Notes under the pieces: generated by a model
Database searches by the model: none
What the model saw: only the letters and a program-made list of their open reading frames with translations
What the model was told of the DNA's origin: nothing
Program-made: the position numbers and the translations under genes
Source of the DNA: a virus
Taxonomy: Duplodnaviria; Caudoviricetes
Direction: 5' to 3' (one strand)
Virus record (IMG/VR): IMGVR_UViG_2597490325_000001
Location: 32,001-96,000 of that record
DNA length: 64,000 nucleotides
In this document: piece by piece, positions 40,049 to 49,946 of the stretch
Position numbering within the stretch: the first letter of the stretch is position 1
Layout: every line of letters begins with the position of its first letter

Positions 40049-40320
40049 ATAACAAAAAAATAGAAGTCCTCGCTTCTAGATGACGGATCAATTTTTTGTT
40101 GTATAAGTCATTAAATTTGAGGTTTTGAGAAAAACTGAGGTTTTTGTCATTAGGCTCTTTACATTTTTGCCCTCACAATTTGTAATTACTTTGCCACTGC
40201 ATATCTTCTTTATGAAGAAAAAATCTACTGTCAGAAGTAGAAACATGAATTCCTTTCAGGCTGAAAGGTGGATGCCCTTATTTAGATAACTCTAGATAAG
40301 GGCATTAACAACCCACGATT

Positions 40321-40561
40321 ACGGGGATGTAGTGTTTATTTTTCTAGGTAGTGAAAGCGTGCACCAGTAACTACCATGTTTACCTCCCACTAAAATGGTG
40401 AAGAGTTAGATCAACTCTTTACTAGGCTACATAGGTATGTAGGGTATTGGAGGTTAAACATTCTATAAATACCAAATGTTAAATTGGTGGAATGCCTATC
40501 CGAGATAACTATCAGATAGAATAGTTAAAAGGGCGTTAGAAAAATTTCACTGCATCCCCGT
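40321..40561 (+). ncRNA. Putative ~240-nt multibranched RNA
   Basis: Closing stem ACGGGGATGTAGTG/CACTGCATCCCCGT with nested ATGTTTACCTCC/GGAGGTTAAACAT and several hairpins. Confidence 0.55.
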
Positions 40562-40585
40562 TCCCTAATTTATTAAGGAACGAAA

Positions 40586-40741
40586 ATGTCTGCTAGTAAA
40601 GAACTTGAAATTGATATCGATAGCGTAGTGTTTAATGAAGATGAGCTTCAAGAGTCCGTTAAACATAACGAAGAGAAAATTGATTCTCAAGAAGTAGTTG
40701 AAGCTTCCGATGAATGTGATGGCGGCGGCTGTAAGATTTAA
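40586..40741 (+). CDS. 51-aa acidic microprotein ending in an NrdA-like CxxxxCKI tail
   Basis: TAAGGA RBS; MSASKELEID...EASDECDGGGCKI; terminator directly after; below the ORF-track cutoff. Confidence 0.7.
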   Translation: MSASKELEIDIDSVVFNEDELQESVKHNEEKIDSQEVVEASDECDGGGCKI

Positions 40742-40909
40742 AAACTTCCCATATCCTCTATTAAGGGGATATGGGGTTTTCTTTCCTTCTTAAAAACGTA
40801 TTTGGTAAACCTTTAAGAATATATTATTTTAGTGATATTGGGTGTTAAAACTCAATGTTAAACAAAAACAAACACTAATTCTAATAAGCAATAAAAGGAA
40901 TACCACAAG

Positions 40910-41338
40910 ATGTCCGACAAACATGTAGTTTATTCTAAAATTGAAAACTTTTTCTCTAAAGTGGCTAACCGTGACTTTGAACCAGTGCTCAGTTCATTGT
41001 TCGGCGGTTTACGTAAACAAGTTCGGTGGGATGTAGTATTTGAAGAAATTCGTTCAATGGATGTGAACGCAATTCCACTTGACAAGTTTAAAGTGATGAG
41101 CAAGGGCGATGTCATTTCTATCTCTGATAATGGAGACACAATCTTTGTTGAAGATATGTTTAATGGTAAGTATACTCTTAAACGTAAACAAGGTATCATT
41201 GAAATGACTGTTGACGGCGAACATTTCACTTTTAAAGATAATAACGATGAAGCTGAATCTGCCAGCTTTGTTGCACCCGTTGATTTCCCTCCGGTGCCAA
41301 ACGGATTTATCGCTAATATCCGTAACCTATTAGCGTAA
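40910..41338 (+). CDS. Hypothetical early protein
   Basis: 142 aa, early promoter at 40819, AAGGA RBS. Confidence 0.75.
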   Translation: MSDKHVVYSKIENFFSKVANRDFEPVLSSLFGGLRKQVRWDVVFEEIRSMDVNAIPLDKFKVMSKGDVISISDNGDTIFVEDMFNGKYTLKRKQGIIEMTVDGEHFTFKDNNDEAESASFVAPVDFPPVPNGFIANIRNLLA

Positions 41339-41392
41339 CGTCATCCTCTTGTGCCCCCGAAAGGGGGTATAACTTTTATTGGAAAAACAAAA

Positions 41393-41722
41393 ATGAATCA
41401 ATACAGCGAATCTTACAAAAGTTCCATTATGGGTTACTTTAAAGATCGTTATTTAGTGCTAATTACTGAGCGCTTTAAAGATCTACCGCAGCTTACTTTT
41501 ATGAAGTTAAAAGTTAAATCTGTAGCAGTAATTAATAACTCTGAATGGGATGATGATTTACTTAAAGCTAATATCCGTTGCTTCTTCTCTCAAGAAATCA
41601 AAGATCATTCAAAATATGAAGATTGGATGACAAGACTTGATGAAGTATTTGAAGAATCCTGCCAGTATGCTAAAGATCAAACATTCATTAAAGCTATGGG
41701 TTCTTTGAGTTTGATTAACTAA
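41393..41722 (+). CDS. Hypothetical protein
   Basis: Likely starts at the ATG at 41393 after a hairpin (track start 41351 lies within the hairpin). Confidence 0.65.
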   Translation: MNQYSESYKSSIMGYFKDRYLVLITERFKDLPQLTFMKLKVKSVAVINNSEWDDDLLKANIRCFFSQEIKDHSKYEDWMTRLDEVFEESCQYAKDQTFIKAMGSLSLIN

Positions 41723-41736
41723 AAAAGGATTGTATA

Positions 41737-42111
41737 ATGACTACTATGTACAGAGCAGCCAATAATTTTAGAAGAAAAGTTACACGTTTCTATTCTAGAA
41801 TTGTTAGAAAAGAATTTGAAAAAGAAGTATCAATGCTAATAACTGATAAAGAATCAATAAATACTTTCTTTACCAGTTTAGAAAAATATGATTTTAATCC
41901 TAGACATCTAATTATGACTTGTTTCCCTGTTGGTAAATTAGAAGAAGGAAAAAAATTATTAAATAGTATTCAGAATAGAGGTATTGAGTTTGCTTTAAAT
42001 GAAATATCTTTAGAAGAAAAAAGACTTATTTTAACTGCTATGAATACACCTGATTTTTCTGAAATAATGAATAACCTTTCTGACTCTCTCCTACCAGAAA
42101 AAGTTATTTAA
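41737..42111 (+). CDS. Hypothetical protein
   Basis: 124 aa, AAGGA RBS. Confidence 0.68.
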   Translation: MTTMYRAANNFRRKVTRFYSRIVRKEFEKEVSMLITDKESINTFFTSLEKYDFNPRHLIMTCFPVGKLEEGKKLLNSIQNRGIEFALNEISLEEKRLILTAMNTPDFSEIMNNLSDSLLPEKVI

Positions 42112-42247
42112 TATTTTAATTTTAAAAAAAGACCTTATAAGGTCTTTTTTTTTTTCATGATGTACATTACTATTTAGAATTTATCTATTTTTTAAACAAA
42201 GAATTAGTGTCTTGCATGAAAAATAGATAAATTTTATAGGAGTTTTC

Positions 42248-43783
42248 ATGGCAACTATAATTCAAAGAAAAAGAATTCTGATTAAAGATTTTTATTCAGA
42301 TGATGAAATGAAGAAGTTTTTTAGATACATGTCTATGGATAAAACTAACATGTATGGGGCTGTTGAAAAGTCATGGATAGCTGGCTACGAAACAGAATTT
42401 GAAGGTGAGCATTATATTGCTGTACCTAGGCGTATAGATACTAAACTTTTAGAAGACTTAATAGATGCTGATGCTGGAGTAGATAAGCGTTTAATTCCAC
42501 CTATTCCTGTAAGAAAAAATGTCTTTAGCTGTTTTGCTGAGCCTAGAGATATTACTCAGCAAGTTATTTTAGATTTTATGATGGGTAGAAATAGTTATGA
42601 AAGTATAACTACTAAACAGCATAGAAAAGCATTATTTGCTCAAACTGGTAGTGGTAAAACATACTTAACTATCAAATTTTGTGCTGAAAATAATCTATTA
42701 CCTTTCATTAACTGTCCAGATAAGAAAGCAATTCTTACTTGGCAGCAAGAGTTCGGTAAGTTTACTGATATTAAACCTGAAGAAATATGTGTTATTATGG
42801 GTAAAGATTCAGTAATACGACTTATTAAAAAATTTGAGAAAAAACAATATAAAGTTATTCTCTGCTCATCTAAGACTATGACATCTCTTATTCTTTCTAA
42901 AGACTTTGCTCTTATAGAAGAATTATTTACGCATTTAGGCATTGGTCTGTTAGTACATGATGAAAGTCACTTGAATTTAATGGTTCTCTTTTACTTAGAA
43001 ATGATTTGTAATACTAGACATACTTTATTCTTAACTGCTACTCCTAGTAGACGTATGTATAAAGAAGATAGACTACTCAAATCGTTAATGCCTCCTGAAA
43101 AAGCGATATATGTAGAAGAAGCTGAACAGCGCTTTACTTATGTAAGGGGTTGTTATTTCTCTAATATGGATAAGAAAGCCTATGCAGGTATAGCCCTTCC
43201 AGCTGGTACTAATTTATCTAGATATTTTGATCAAGTATTGAATAAGAAAGAAAACTATGAGTTCTTTAGGGATGAAATTTTTGCACCAGTAGTGAATTAT
43301 GCATTGAGAAAAAGATCCAAAACTGATAAAGATGATTTTACTAAATTAGCTTTTTTATGTAACAGTAAAAAAGAGAATGAGTTCTTTTACAATATGTTGA
43401 AAGATCTTTACAAAGACAAATATTCTATCGGTATTTTTAATAGTGATATTGAGAATATGGATGAGCGATTTAAAGAAACTGAAAAAGAAATCATTATCAG
43501 CACTGATAAATCTTTTGCTGGTATTATAAACATACCTGGATTAGAGATAATCATAAACCTTTATCCATATAGTTCAGATTCCCATATTAAACAAGTAATG
43601 GGCCGTATTCGTAAAGAAAAAGGTAAAAAGAGTATATTTATTCAGATGGTAGATGCTTCTTTAAAACGATTCAAATCTGTTGAGTCTAGAGAAAGGTCAG
43701 CAGTAGCGGATATTTGCGCTAAAGTATTTATGAAAGAATTGAATACTCAGATATCTGTATTTAATAGTATAGAAGAAGACTAA
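42248..43783 (+). CDS. SF2 DExH helicase (UvsW-like)
   Basis: AQTGSGKT, HDESH, TATP and QVMGRIR. Confidence 0.88.
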   Translation: MATIIQRKRILIKDFYSDDEMKKFFRYMSMDKTNMYGAVEKSWIAGYETEFEGEHYIAVPRRIDTKLLEDLIDADAGVDKRLIPPIPVRKNVFSCFAEPRDITQQVILDFMMGRNSYESITTKQHRKALFAQTGSGKTYLTIKFCAENNLLPFINCPDKKAILTWQQEFGKFTDIKPEEICVIMGKDSVIRLIKKFEKKQYKVILCSSKTMTSLILSKDFALIEELFTHLGIGLLVHDESHLNLMVLFYLEMICNTRHTLFLTATPSRRMYKEDRLLKSLMPPEKAIYVEEAEQRFTYVRGCYFSNMDKKAYAGIALPAGTNLSRYFDQVLNKKENYEFFRDEIFAPVVNYALRKRSKTDKDDFTKLAFLCNSKKENEFFYNMLKDLYKDKYSIGIFNSDIENMDERFKETEKEIIISTDKSFAGIINIPGLEIIINLYPYSSDSHIKQVMGRIRKEKGKKSIFIQMVDASLKRFKSVESRERSAVADICAKVFMKELNTQISVFNSIEED

Positions 43784-43837
43784 ATAGCATTATAGTCTTT
43801 TTTATTGATATATTATTAAATTGATTGTTTTAAATAG

Positions 43838-44446
43838 GTGGGAATAATGATTAGTATTACGGAAAGACTTTTAAATATTGGTAAGTTACAATTGAGTGTT
43901 ACTGCTCGCCTAGGAAGTAAAGATAACCCTTATCATTTTTATGGTAAGGGTGACTATATTTCTATGAATAAAAGCTCATTTATCATTCTAGGCTTCCATG
44001 CTAAAGGAAAAGATAAGGAAGAAGTTTATATTTCTGTACTTGATTTTCCAAAGATAATGGAAGCTATAGAGACTATTGATTATCTGATGTTAAATTTGGA
44101 TGATCATACTGAGACTGTAGGAGAAGAAGGAACTCTCCGTTTTAAATCAGGCTCAAAGGTTTCTTATAGAATGCAAATGCGCTCTACTGGTGTGTGTCTG
44201 TTCTCTCCAGTAGTTTGGAATAGTAGGAAACATGGTGGTCAAATTATTGCAGTAAAAATACTTATTGGTGGCGATACTAATAAAGTAATGCTTGAACCGG
44301 AAAACTGGTTGGCTTTCTCCATGCAGTTGAAAAATTGTATGGAGAACTTTACTGCGATAACAAACTCTATTCTTACTTTAGGGCTACAGAATAAAAGGAA
44401 TACTCCTAGAGAAAGTATTAAGTTTAGTGAAATTGCTGAGGAGTAA
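43838..44446 (+). CDS. Hypothetical early protein
   Basis: About 200 aa after early promoter 43808 (start may be the ATG at 43847). Confidence 0.7.
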   Translation: MGIMISITERLLNIGKLQLSVTARLGSKDNPYHFYGKGDYISMNKSSFIILGFHAKGKDKEEVYISVLDFPKIMEAIETIDYLMLNLDDHTETVGEEGTLRFKSGSKVSYRMQMRSTGVCLFSPVVWNSRKHGGQIIAVKILIGGDTNKVMLEPENWLAFSMQLKNCMENFTAITNSILTLGLQNKRNTPRESIKFSEIAEE

Positions 44447-45039
44447 TGATGAAACATAACGTTATTAAATATGGTGCTGCTATCATATTTCATTCCTTAG
44501 AAATTGATGAAAAAGTTTTACCTTATCTTTCTAGAGAACAGTTTTTAGTATTTTCTAGGGATGGTGAGGTTCCTAACAACAGCCAGTATGCCTGTAATGA
44601 AAATTCTCTTTTAGCATCAAACTCACGTTTAGCGGCACTAGTGTTAGGCTTACGTATAAATCTTCAAATTAAATCATTTGGGCAAGATCCAATTACTAAT
44701 GATTTAATTGATTCTTTATCAGGTAGCATAAAGAATCAATTGAAAGGAAAGATATACACGGTTAATTTAAAACTTATTAATGGGGATTTTATCTCAAGAG
44801 TTACATATCCTACACGTTTTTCTGAACTTGAGTTTGCATTAGGTTATAAAAGAGATTTGTCTGAAGAATCTAGTCAAAAAATCACCATTTGTAACGGATA
44901 TAATATATCATTTCTTAAAGAAGAATGGAGCTTTTATATTGAAGAAAATAATGCATTCAATGAAAGTGATTGGATTAATATCTTAACCTTTACCAATAAT
45001 AAAAATGAATATAAAATAATTGTAGTGGAAGAAATATGA
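44446..45039 (+). CDS. Hypothetical protein
   Basis: 197 aa, GAGGAG RBS. Confidence 0.7.
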   Translation: MMKHNVIKYGAAIIFHSLEIDEKVLPYLSREQFLVFSRDGEVPNNSQYACNENSLLASNSRLAALVLGLRINLQIKSFGQDPITNDLIDSLSGSIKNQLKGKIYTVNLKLINGDFISRVTYPTRFSELEFALGYKRDLSEESSQKITICNGYNISFLKEEWSFYIEENNAFNESDWINILTFTNNKNEYKIIVVEEI

Positions 45040-45226
45040 AAATAAAAAAGTAATACAGCGATTTCGTATTCTCTTTAAAAAGATTAAGAAATTGCTTAAA
45101 CAGTACAAAGAAGCTGGTAATGAACTTATCAGTGAAGAAATAATACCGTTCAAAAAGAAGCGTCATGGAGATAGTTTTCTCGAAACGCTTAAAGACAATC
45201 TGTTGGATGATAAAAAGGATAAATGA
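45036..45226 (+). CDS. Small basic protein requiring a -1 frameshift (or a frameshifted pseudogene)
   Basis: ATG AAA ATA AAA AAG TAA; the -1 frame is open to 45226 and abuts the next ATG. Confidence 0.4.
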
Positions 45227-46012
45227 ATGTACAGCTATAAAATGACTGTTAAGGGTAGTATTCCATTCGGAATGTTTAAAACTATGGTAAACATGATTAA
45301 TCATGGACTTCGTTCTGGAACTAGCGATTTCGATTTAAAGAACAAGTTAAAAGGTTATTTGCCACCTAAAGAAATTTCTGGTTTCCTAACAGTAGTGAAG
45401 GAATACTATATGTTAGATAAGCTAAAAGGACGATACATTCTCCATCCAACTCATTCATTTATTGCTAATCAAATAAGTGAAAGACATGGTAAGAACGCTG
45501 TGGTGGAACATCTTTATGATTCATTTGAGGAAAATATTGTTGCAGATTCTTTAGTTATAAATGCCAATGACATTATAACTGCCAGTGCTCTTAATAATGC
45601 GGAAGTACGAACTGATATATTTGATAGAAAATGGATTGGTATGATCATGTCTAATTTATCAAATAATACTGTTCTTCCATTAACTTCTGGTACTGAACGT
45701 GGCATAGCTACCTTCCGTAATCCTTCTGATTCTAAGACTTCCTTTATAACAAGAAAATTCTTTACTAAAGAAGGCGAAGCAGGATGGACTGCAAGTACGG
45801 ATGTTACTACTTTTGATCTTGATGAGACCCCCGTTTCTCATATTAGTAAAAATAATATTTTCTGTTTCACTGAAGTAGATAAATATGGTTTCTATCAAGG
45901 TAATGACAAAGTGATAGAAACTATAGATTTTCATAGTATCATGAGAGCACCTAATTTAATTGATCTGATTTTAACCTTTATGAGTGATAAAGGATTTAAA
46001 ATTAAATTTTAA
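45227..46012 (+). CDS. Hypothetical protein
   Basis: 261 aa, AAGGA RBS. Confidence 0.7.
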   Translation: MYSYKMTVKGSIPFGMFKTMVNMINHGLRSGTSDFDLKNKLKGYLPPKEISGFLTVVKEYYMLDKLKGRYILHPTHSFIANQISERHGKNAVVEHLYDSFEENIVADSLVINANDIITASALNNAEVRTDIFDRKWIGMIMSNLSNNTVLPLTSGTERGIATFRNPSDSKTSFITRKFFTKEGEAGWTASTDVTTFDLDETPVSHISKNNIFCFTEVDKYGFYQGNDKVIETIDFHSIMRAPNLIDLILTFMSDKGFKIKF

Positions 46013-46027
46013 TATTCGTTAATTAGT

Positions 46028-47026
46028 ATGGTAAATATCATGTTAAAATTACAGTCAACCATTCAGTCATTTAGTTCCCGTATTACAACTACTGTTTACA
46101 AAACTTGTAGAAATACATTATTTGATAAACAGGAATTAAGTAGTTACGAGTATAATTTCTTTAAAGACGATGCTGAAGATTTTAAAGCAGACTTTTTACT
46201 TTCTGTCATTCCGGCAGAGTTAGGATCTATGGTTTTAGGTATTATTCTTAAAATAGATCGATTAACGAAGGAATCTAATCATTCATTAGATATAACAAAA
46301 GAAGTATATAAACTTTGGATAGTATACCATGATGTAGAAAATGGTATAAACGCTATTAATCAGGTAATTAATACTATGGTTAATAGTGAAGTGTCAATGG
46401 AATTAAATTCAGTAGCTTTTTCTATGATCCATGAATTACTTCCAGGAGTTATTTCTATACCTCGTTTAATTGGGGAGAGTAGTGATAAGGATGAGTTTTC
46501 CTATAGCTTTAATAGAAGCTCATGGAAAATGGATTCAGTATCCAAACATGGTAAATATGTAGAGTCATTACTCAATGAAGTTCCAATGATGATGCAATTT
46601 ATTGAAGTTGAAAATGGTAAAGGGGATGATGAAACTTTATATTCTAATACCATTTTAAATGGAGCCGTTGTTCTCTTAGGTGATATTTACAAAACTCTCC
46701 CATGTGATGATAGAGAGCATTTAAGAGTATACTTCAATATGTTGGTTGGCGGAAATATTCTTACTAATGGTTTTACTTCCAAAAGTACCAATATTAAATC
46801 TACTAAAGAACAATTTGTTATAAATGGTGCTGTCGCATATGACAAATATGACGATTCCGACCAATTTGAAGTTTTTACAGCTCTACCAACAGTAGGGTTC
46901 GCTGTATCTGGATGGTCAGTTAAAAGCAATCCAGTAAACCCACGTTATACTTCTTTAATGACATGGGTAAATCCTGAAGGTAATTTCAGGTATTTAAAAA
47001 TTAATAAATATTCAGAGGGAATGTAA
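46028..47026 (+). CDS. Hypothetical protein
   Basis: 332-aa ORF. Confidence 0.7.
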   Translation: MVNIMLKLQSTIQSFSSRITTTVYKTCRNTLFDKQELSSYEYNFFKDDAEDFKADFLLSVIPAELGSMVLGIILKIDRLTKESNHSLDITKEVYKLWIVYHDVENGINAINQVINTMVNSEVSMELNSVAFSMIHELLPGVISIPRLIGESSDKDEFSYSFNRSSWKMDSVSKHGKYVESLLNEVPMMMQFIEVENGKGDDETLYSNTILNGAVVLLGDIYKTLPCDDREHLRVYFNMLVGGNILTNGFTSKSTNIKSTKEQFVINGAVAYDKYDDSDQFEVFTALPTVGFAVSGWSVKSNPVNPRYTSLMTWVNPEGNFRYLKINKYSEGM

Positions 47027-47548
47027 GTGAAACGAGAAGAACTTGATTCTTTACTTCATTACTACAGGAATATTATGCTTAATAGGCATATTACTGAAGA
47101 TAGTAATGATGCAGTGTCCACTGACTATCTGAGTATGCTAAATGAGAATTATTCTATTTTAGAACTTCTTAGACAGCGCTTGGCTAGTGGTGAAGCAAGT
47201 AACTATAATTTTAATCAAAAAGTCATTGAAGCTTTATATCATGATACAATGGATAGAATCTTTCTCTTCCAATGCGAATGGAATTTGTCCTTTAGATTAT
47301 GGTATGACGGGTTTAAAGCTGATAAGAAAAACAGAGAAGAAATTCTCCGTGATGGACTTGAATCAGTCCAGTTAGCTTATCAGAATATGTATCCTTCAAT
47401 TACTGAGATAATGAATAATGCATCAAATATCAGTACTAGTATCAATACTAAACTTGATATAATTGATGAATACTTCAAAGTACATCCATTCAACTTTTTA
47501 AAAAGAAGACAAGTTTTAAGCAGACTCTTTTACGGTTCTGGCGGTTAA
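47027..47548 (+). CDS. Hypothetical protein
   Basis: 173 aa, GTG start, GAGGG RBS. Confidence 0.7.
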   Translation: MKREELDSLLHYYRNIMLNRHITEDSNDAVSTDYLSMLNENYSILELLRQRLASGEASNYNFNQKVIEALYHDTMDRIFLFQCEWNLSFRLWYDGFKADKKNREEILRDGLESVQLAYQNMYPSITEIMNNASNISTSINTKLDIIDEYFKVHPFNFLKRRQVLSRLFYGSGG

Positions 47549-47583
47549 CATATAAATAGTTCAATAGAAAAAGGCTATTTGTT

Positions 47584-47754
47584 ATGTCAACTGTAAATGC
47601 TCAAGAAGTTGCTTCATCCAATATTCCTAATATTCCAGTGAATGATGGTTTCATTACCCTTAATGATACGGAAGCGGATAAAACCCAATTCCAAGAGAAT
47701 GATAATCCATCTATCGGAAAAGAGCATAAGTTTGCTGCTGTTCTTCATGGTTAA
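47584..47754 (+). CDS. 56-aa late microprotein
   Basis: Late promoter at 47547, AAGG RBS, MSTVNAQEVASSNIP...FAAVLHG, terminator at 47771-47800; not in the ORF track. Confidence 0.65.
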   Translation: MSTVNAQEVASSNIPNIPVNDGFITLNDTEADKTQFQENDNPSIGKEHKFAAVLHG

Positions 47755-47876
47755 ATCATAAAATACTTTTACCCTATACGTACTTAGTTGCGTATAGGGT
47801 AGAATATTTTTTTTTATCTTTTTAATGAAGAATGAAACAACTCTTTAGTTTAATATAGAAAATTAAAGGCTTTCCT

Positions 47877-49199
47877 ATGGCTAAAGTAAAGAAAATACTT
47901 ACAACGGAAGAGCTAGTAAATCGTAACTTAGAACAGTTTACTAAAGATTCTACTGAAACCTATCCAGCGTTTCAGGAATCTACACCTGTATTCGTAACTT
48001 ATTATAATAAGTCTGCATATGCTAGTGATGCTGATATAAACTTTGAAAACTTCAATCAAGCTGTTGGGGTTGAATCACCTAATCTATTTTATGAAATTGC
48101 TAGCTTACCATTGTATGAGATGACTACTGCTGACTTCTCAACGGAAGAAACAGATAGTGGTAGAAAATCTAATATTACTGGTACATGTACTATTATTCCT
48201 GGAACGGTAACTCCTAGTGTAGAAGATCAGTTCCTTTTTGATTATCATTCTCAGAAGTATTTATTTGTAATCACTTCTATAGAGCCTGATAACTTCAATA
48301 ATAAGAAATATTATCGAGTATCTTATCAATTAAGTCCTAATACTTTAGATGAAATTAAGGCTCAAGTATATAAGGAAATGGTTGTAGATTACAATCTGAT
48401 TGGTAGAACGGATTCAGCACTAATTGAAAGAAAGTACTCTGATTATCTTAATATTATTAGAGCTGTCTTTGATGAGTTTAGAAAATCTTATAGATATTCT
48501 TACTATGAAGAAAATCAGTCATGCTTTGCCAATAAACGTACTGAAGTAATAGATCAGTTCATCAACTATTTTGCTGCTAATAACGATATTTTACCAGCAT
48601 TTGAGGATTATCGTAATACTTTAACTATACATAATAAGATAATTGATGATGTATCAAGACAGCAATATAAATTGTCTCCTTTCTTTGATCTGGAAAAACG
48701 TAGAGATCCCGTCTCTGTAGTATCCGTATTTGTAGAACCAGTAGATAGAACGCCTTATAAATTTGCATTCTTTTATAAGACTAAATATAACTTTACAAGA
48801 TATGTCAAGTATACTGATGAAGAAGTAGAGATTCCTAGTGCTGAAGAATTGGCACAAATGACTGAAGAAGAACAGTTGGCAGTCATGGATAGTATAGTTA
48901 AAGGAAAATACAACCTTCTTCCAGAACTTTTAGAACCTATTAATAGTAACGACCCATATAATCTGCAATTTATCAAGAAATATATTGCATTTTCTAAATT
49001 AAGGAAAACCCAAGATTATAAGAGTCAATTAATAGAATGCCTGGACATGGTAGAGGATTTAGAGGAATACTTCTGTGATGCTCTTTACATTAAGGGTGCG
49101 AGTGATTCTGATAAAAAAGAATACGACTTTAACTACTATATAGGTATGATAGTGCTTTTCGCACTTAAAGACCTATATTCGTTTATTACCAATTCATAA
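47877..49199 (+). CDS. Probable virion structural protein (possibly neck or head completion)
   Basis: 440 aa, late promoter at 47836; function inferred from context only. Confidence 0.55.
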   Translation: MAKVKKILTTEELVNRNLEQFTKDSTETYPAFQESTPVFVTYYNKSAYASDADINFENFNQAVGVESPNLFYEIASLPLYEMTTADFSTEETDSGRKSNITGTCTIIPGTVTPSVEDQFLFDYHSQKYLFVITSIEPDNFNNKKYYRVSYQLSPNTLDEIKAQVYKEMVVDYNLIGRTDSALIERKYSDYLNIIRAVFDEFRKSYRYSYYEENQSCFANKRTEVIDQFINYFAANNDILPAFEDYRNTLTIHNKIIDDVSRQQYKLSPFFDLEKRRDPVSVVSVFVEPVDRTPYKFAFFYKTKYNFTRYVKYTDEEVEIPSAEELAQMTEEEQLAVMDSIVKGKYNLLPELLEPINSNDPYNLQFIKKYIAFSKLRKTQDYKSQLIECLDMVEDLEEYFCDALYIKGASDSDKKEYDFNYYIGMIVLFALKDLYSFITNS

Positions 49200-49242
49200 T
49201 TGCTAACACTTTAATAGCATTTAATCCTATAGGAATTGCATA

Positions 49243-49875
49243 ATGAAAGATTTAACTAACGAACTGCTTACTGGCGGTAATCTGCTGGCTGAGTCAGTTG
49301 ATCAGGTTGAAACCAATGTGGCTATTCAAGAAGAATTGCAGAACATGGCTAACCCTACTGCACTGCTGGCTGAAAGCATGGAAGACATGCTTTTTAGCGA
49401 AGATGCTCGTATTGATGGTAATAACATTGAAATGCCATCTGATGCAGGTATTGATTCACTTCAATTCTTCAATCAGGATAACGTAGGTCAAAGCGTAGCT
49501 GATTCTACCCTGACTGGTCTTGATCCTGATCGTCAAAATGATTTCGGTAATGCTGCATTTGCCTCGTCTAACCCTAAAGGTAAAGATATGGTTCAACTGC
49601 GTAGCGTTGGTGACAACGTAGCATTAGGTGAATCCGGTATTCCTTCTCTGTTCACCGAAGGTGGTGATGAAGAATGTGATGATACCGAAACTAAAGATAT
49701 TGCTAATGGCGTAGACGACCAAACTAATAGTATTGGTGATGATGCTGGCGATTCTCTGGAAGAAAGTCTGAAACTTTTTAAAGAAGATGATGACAACGAT
49801 GATTCTGAATCCGATGTCGAAGAAGACGATGAAGATGAGGATGACGACGAGTACGAAGATGAGTTAGGTCTGTAA
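49243..49875 (+). CDS. Acidic head-internal or scaffold-like protein
   Basis: Late promoter, highly expressed codon usage, many L-x-E sites (LLAE twice, LGE, LEE) plus LFSE, LFTE and LFKE, acidic tail. Confidence 0.6.
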   Translation: MKDLTNELLTGGNLLAESVDQVETNVAIQEELQNMANPTALLAESMEDMLFSEDARIDGNNIEMPSDAGIDSLQFFNQDNVGQSVADSTLTGLDPDRQNDFGNAAFASSNPKGKDMVQLRSVGDNVALGESGIPSLFTEGGDEECDDTETKDIANGVDDQTNSIGDDAGDSLEESLKLFKEDDDNDDSESDVEEDDEDEDDDEYEDELGL

Positions 49876-49946
49876 TCTAGTTCGTCTATGCAGTAAGAAT
49901 CTCTTATGGTTCTTACTGCATTTTATTTAATGGAAAAGGAGATACT

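Noticed and set aside
39700-40320. Possible RNase P RNA or second group I intron
   Set aside because: No GAGGAAAGUCC-type RNase P signature; R-like and S-like words are weak and in the wrong order; no flanking exons
40322-40561. GGGGATGT start resembling a tmRNA 5' end
   Set aside because: The 3' end has no T arm or CCA, and no tag reading frame is evident
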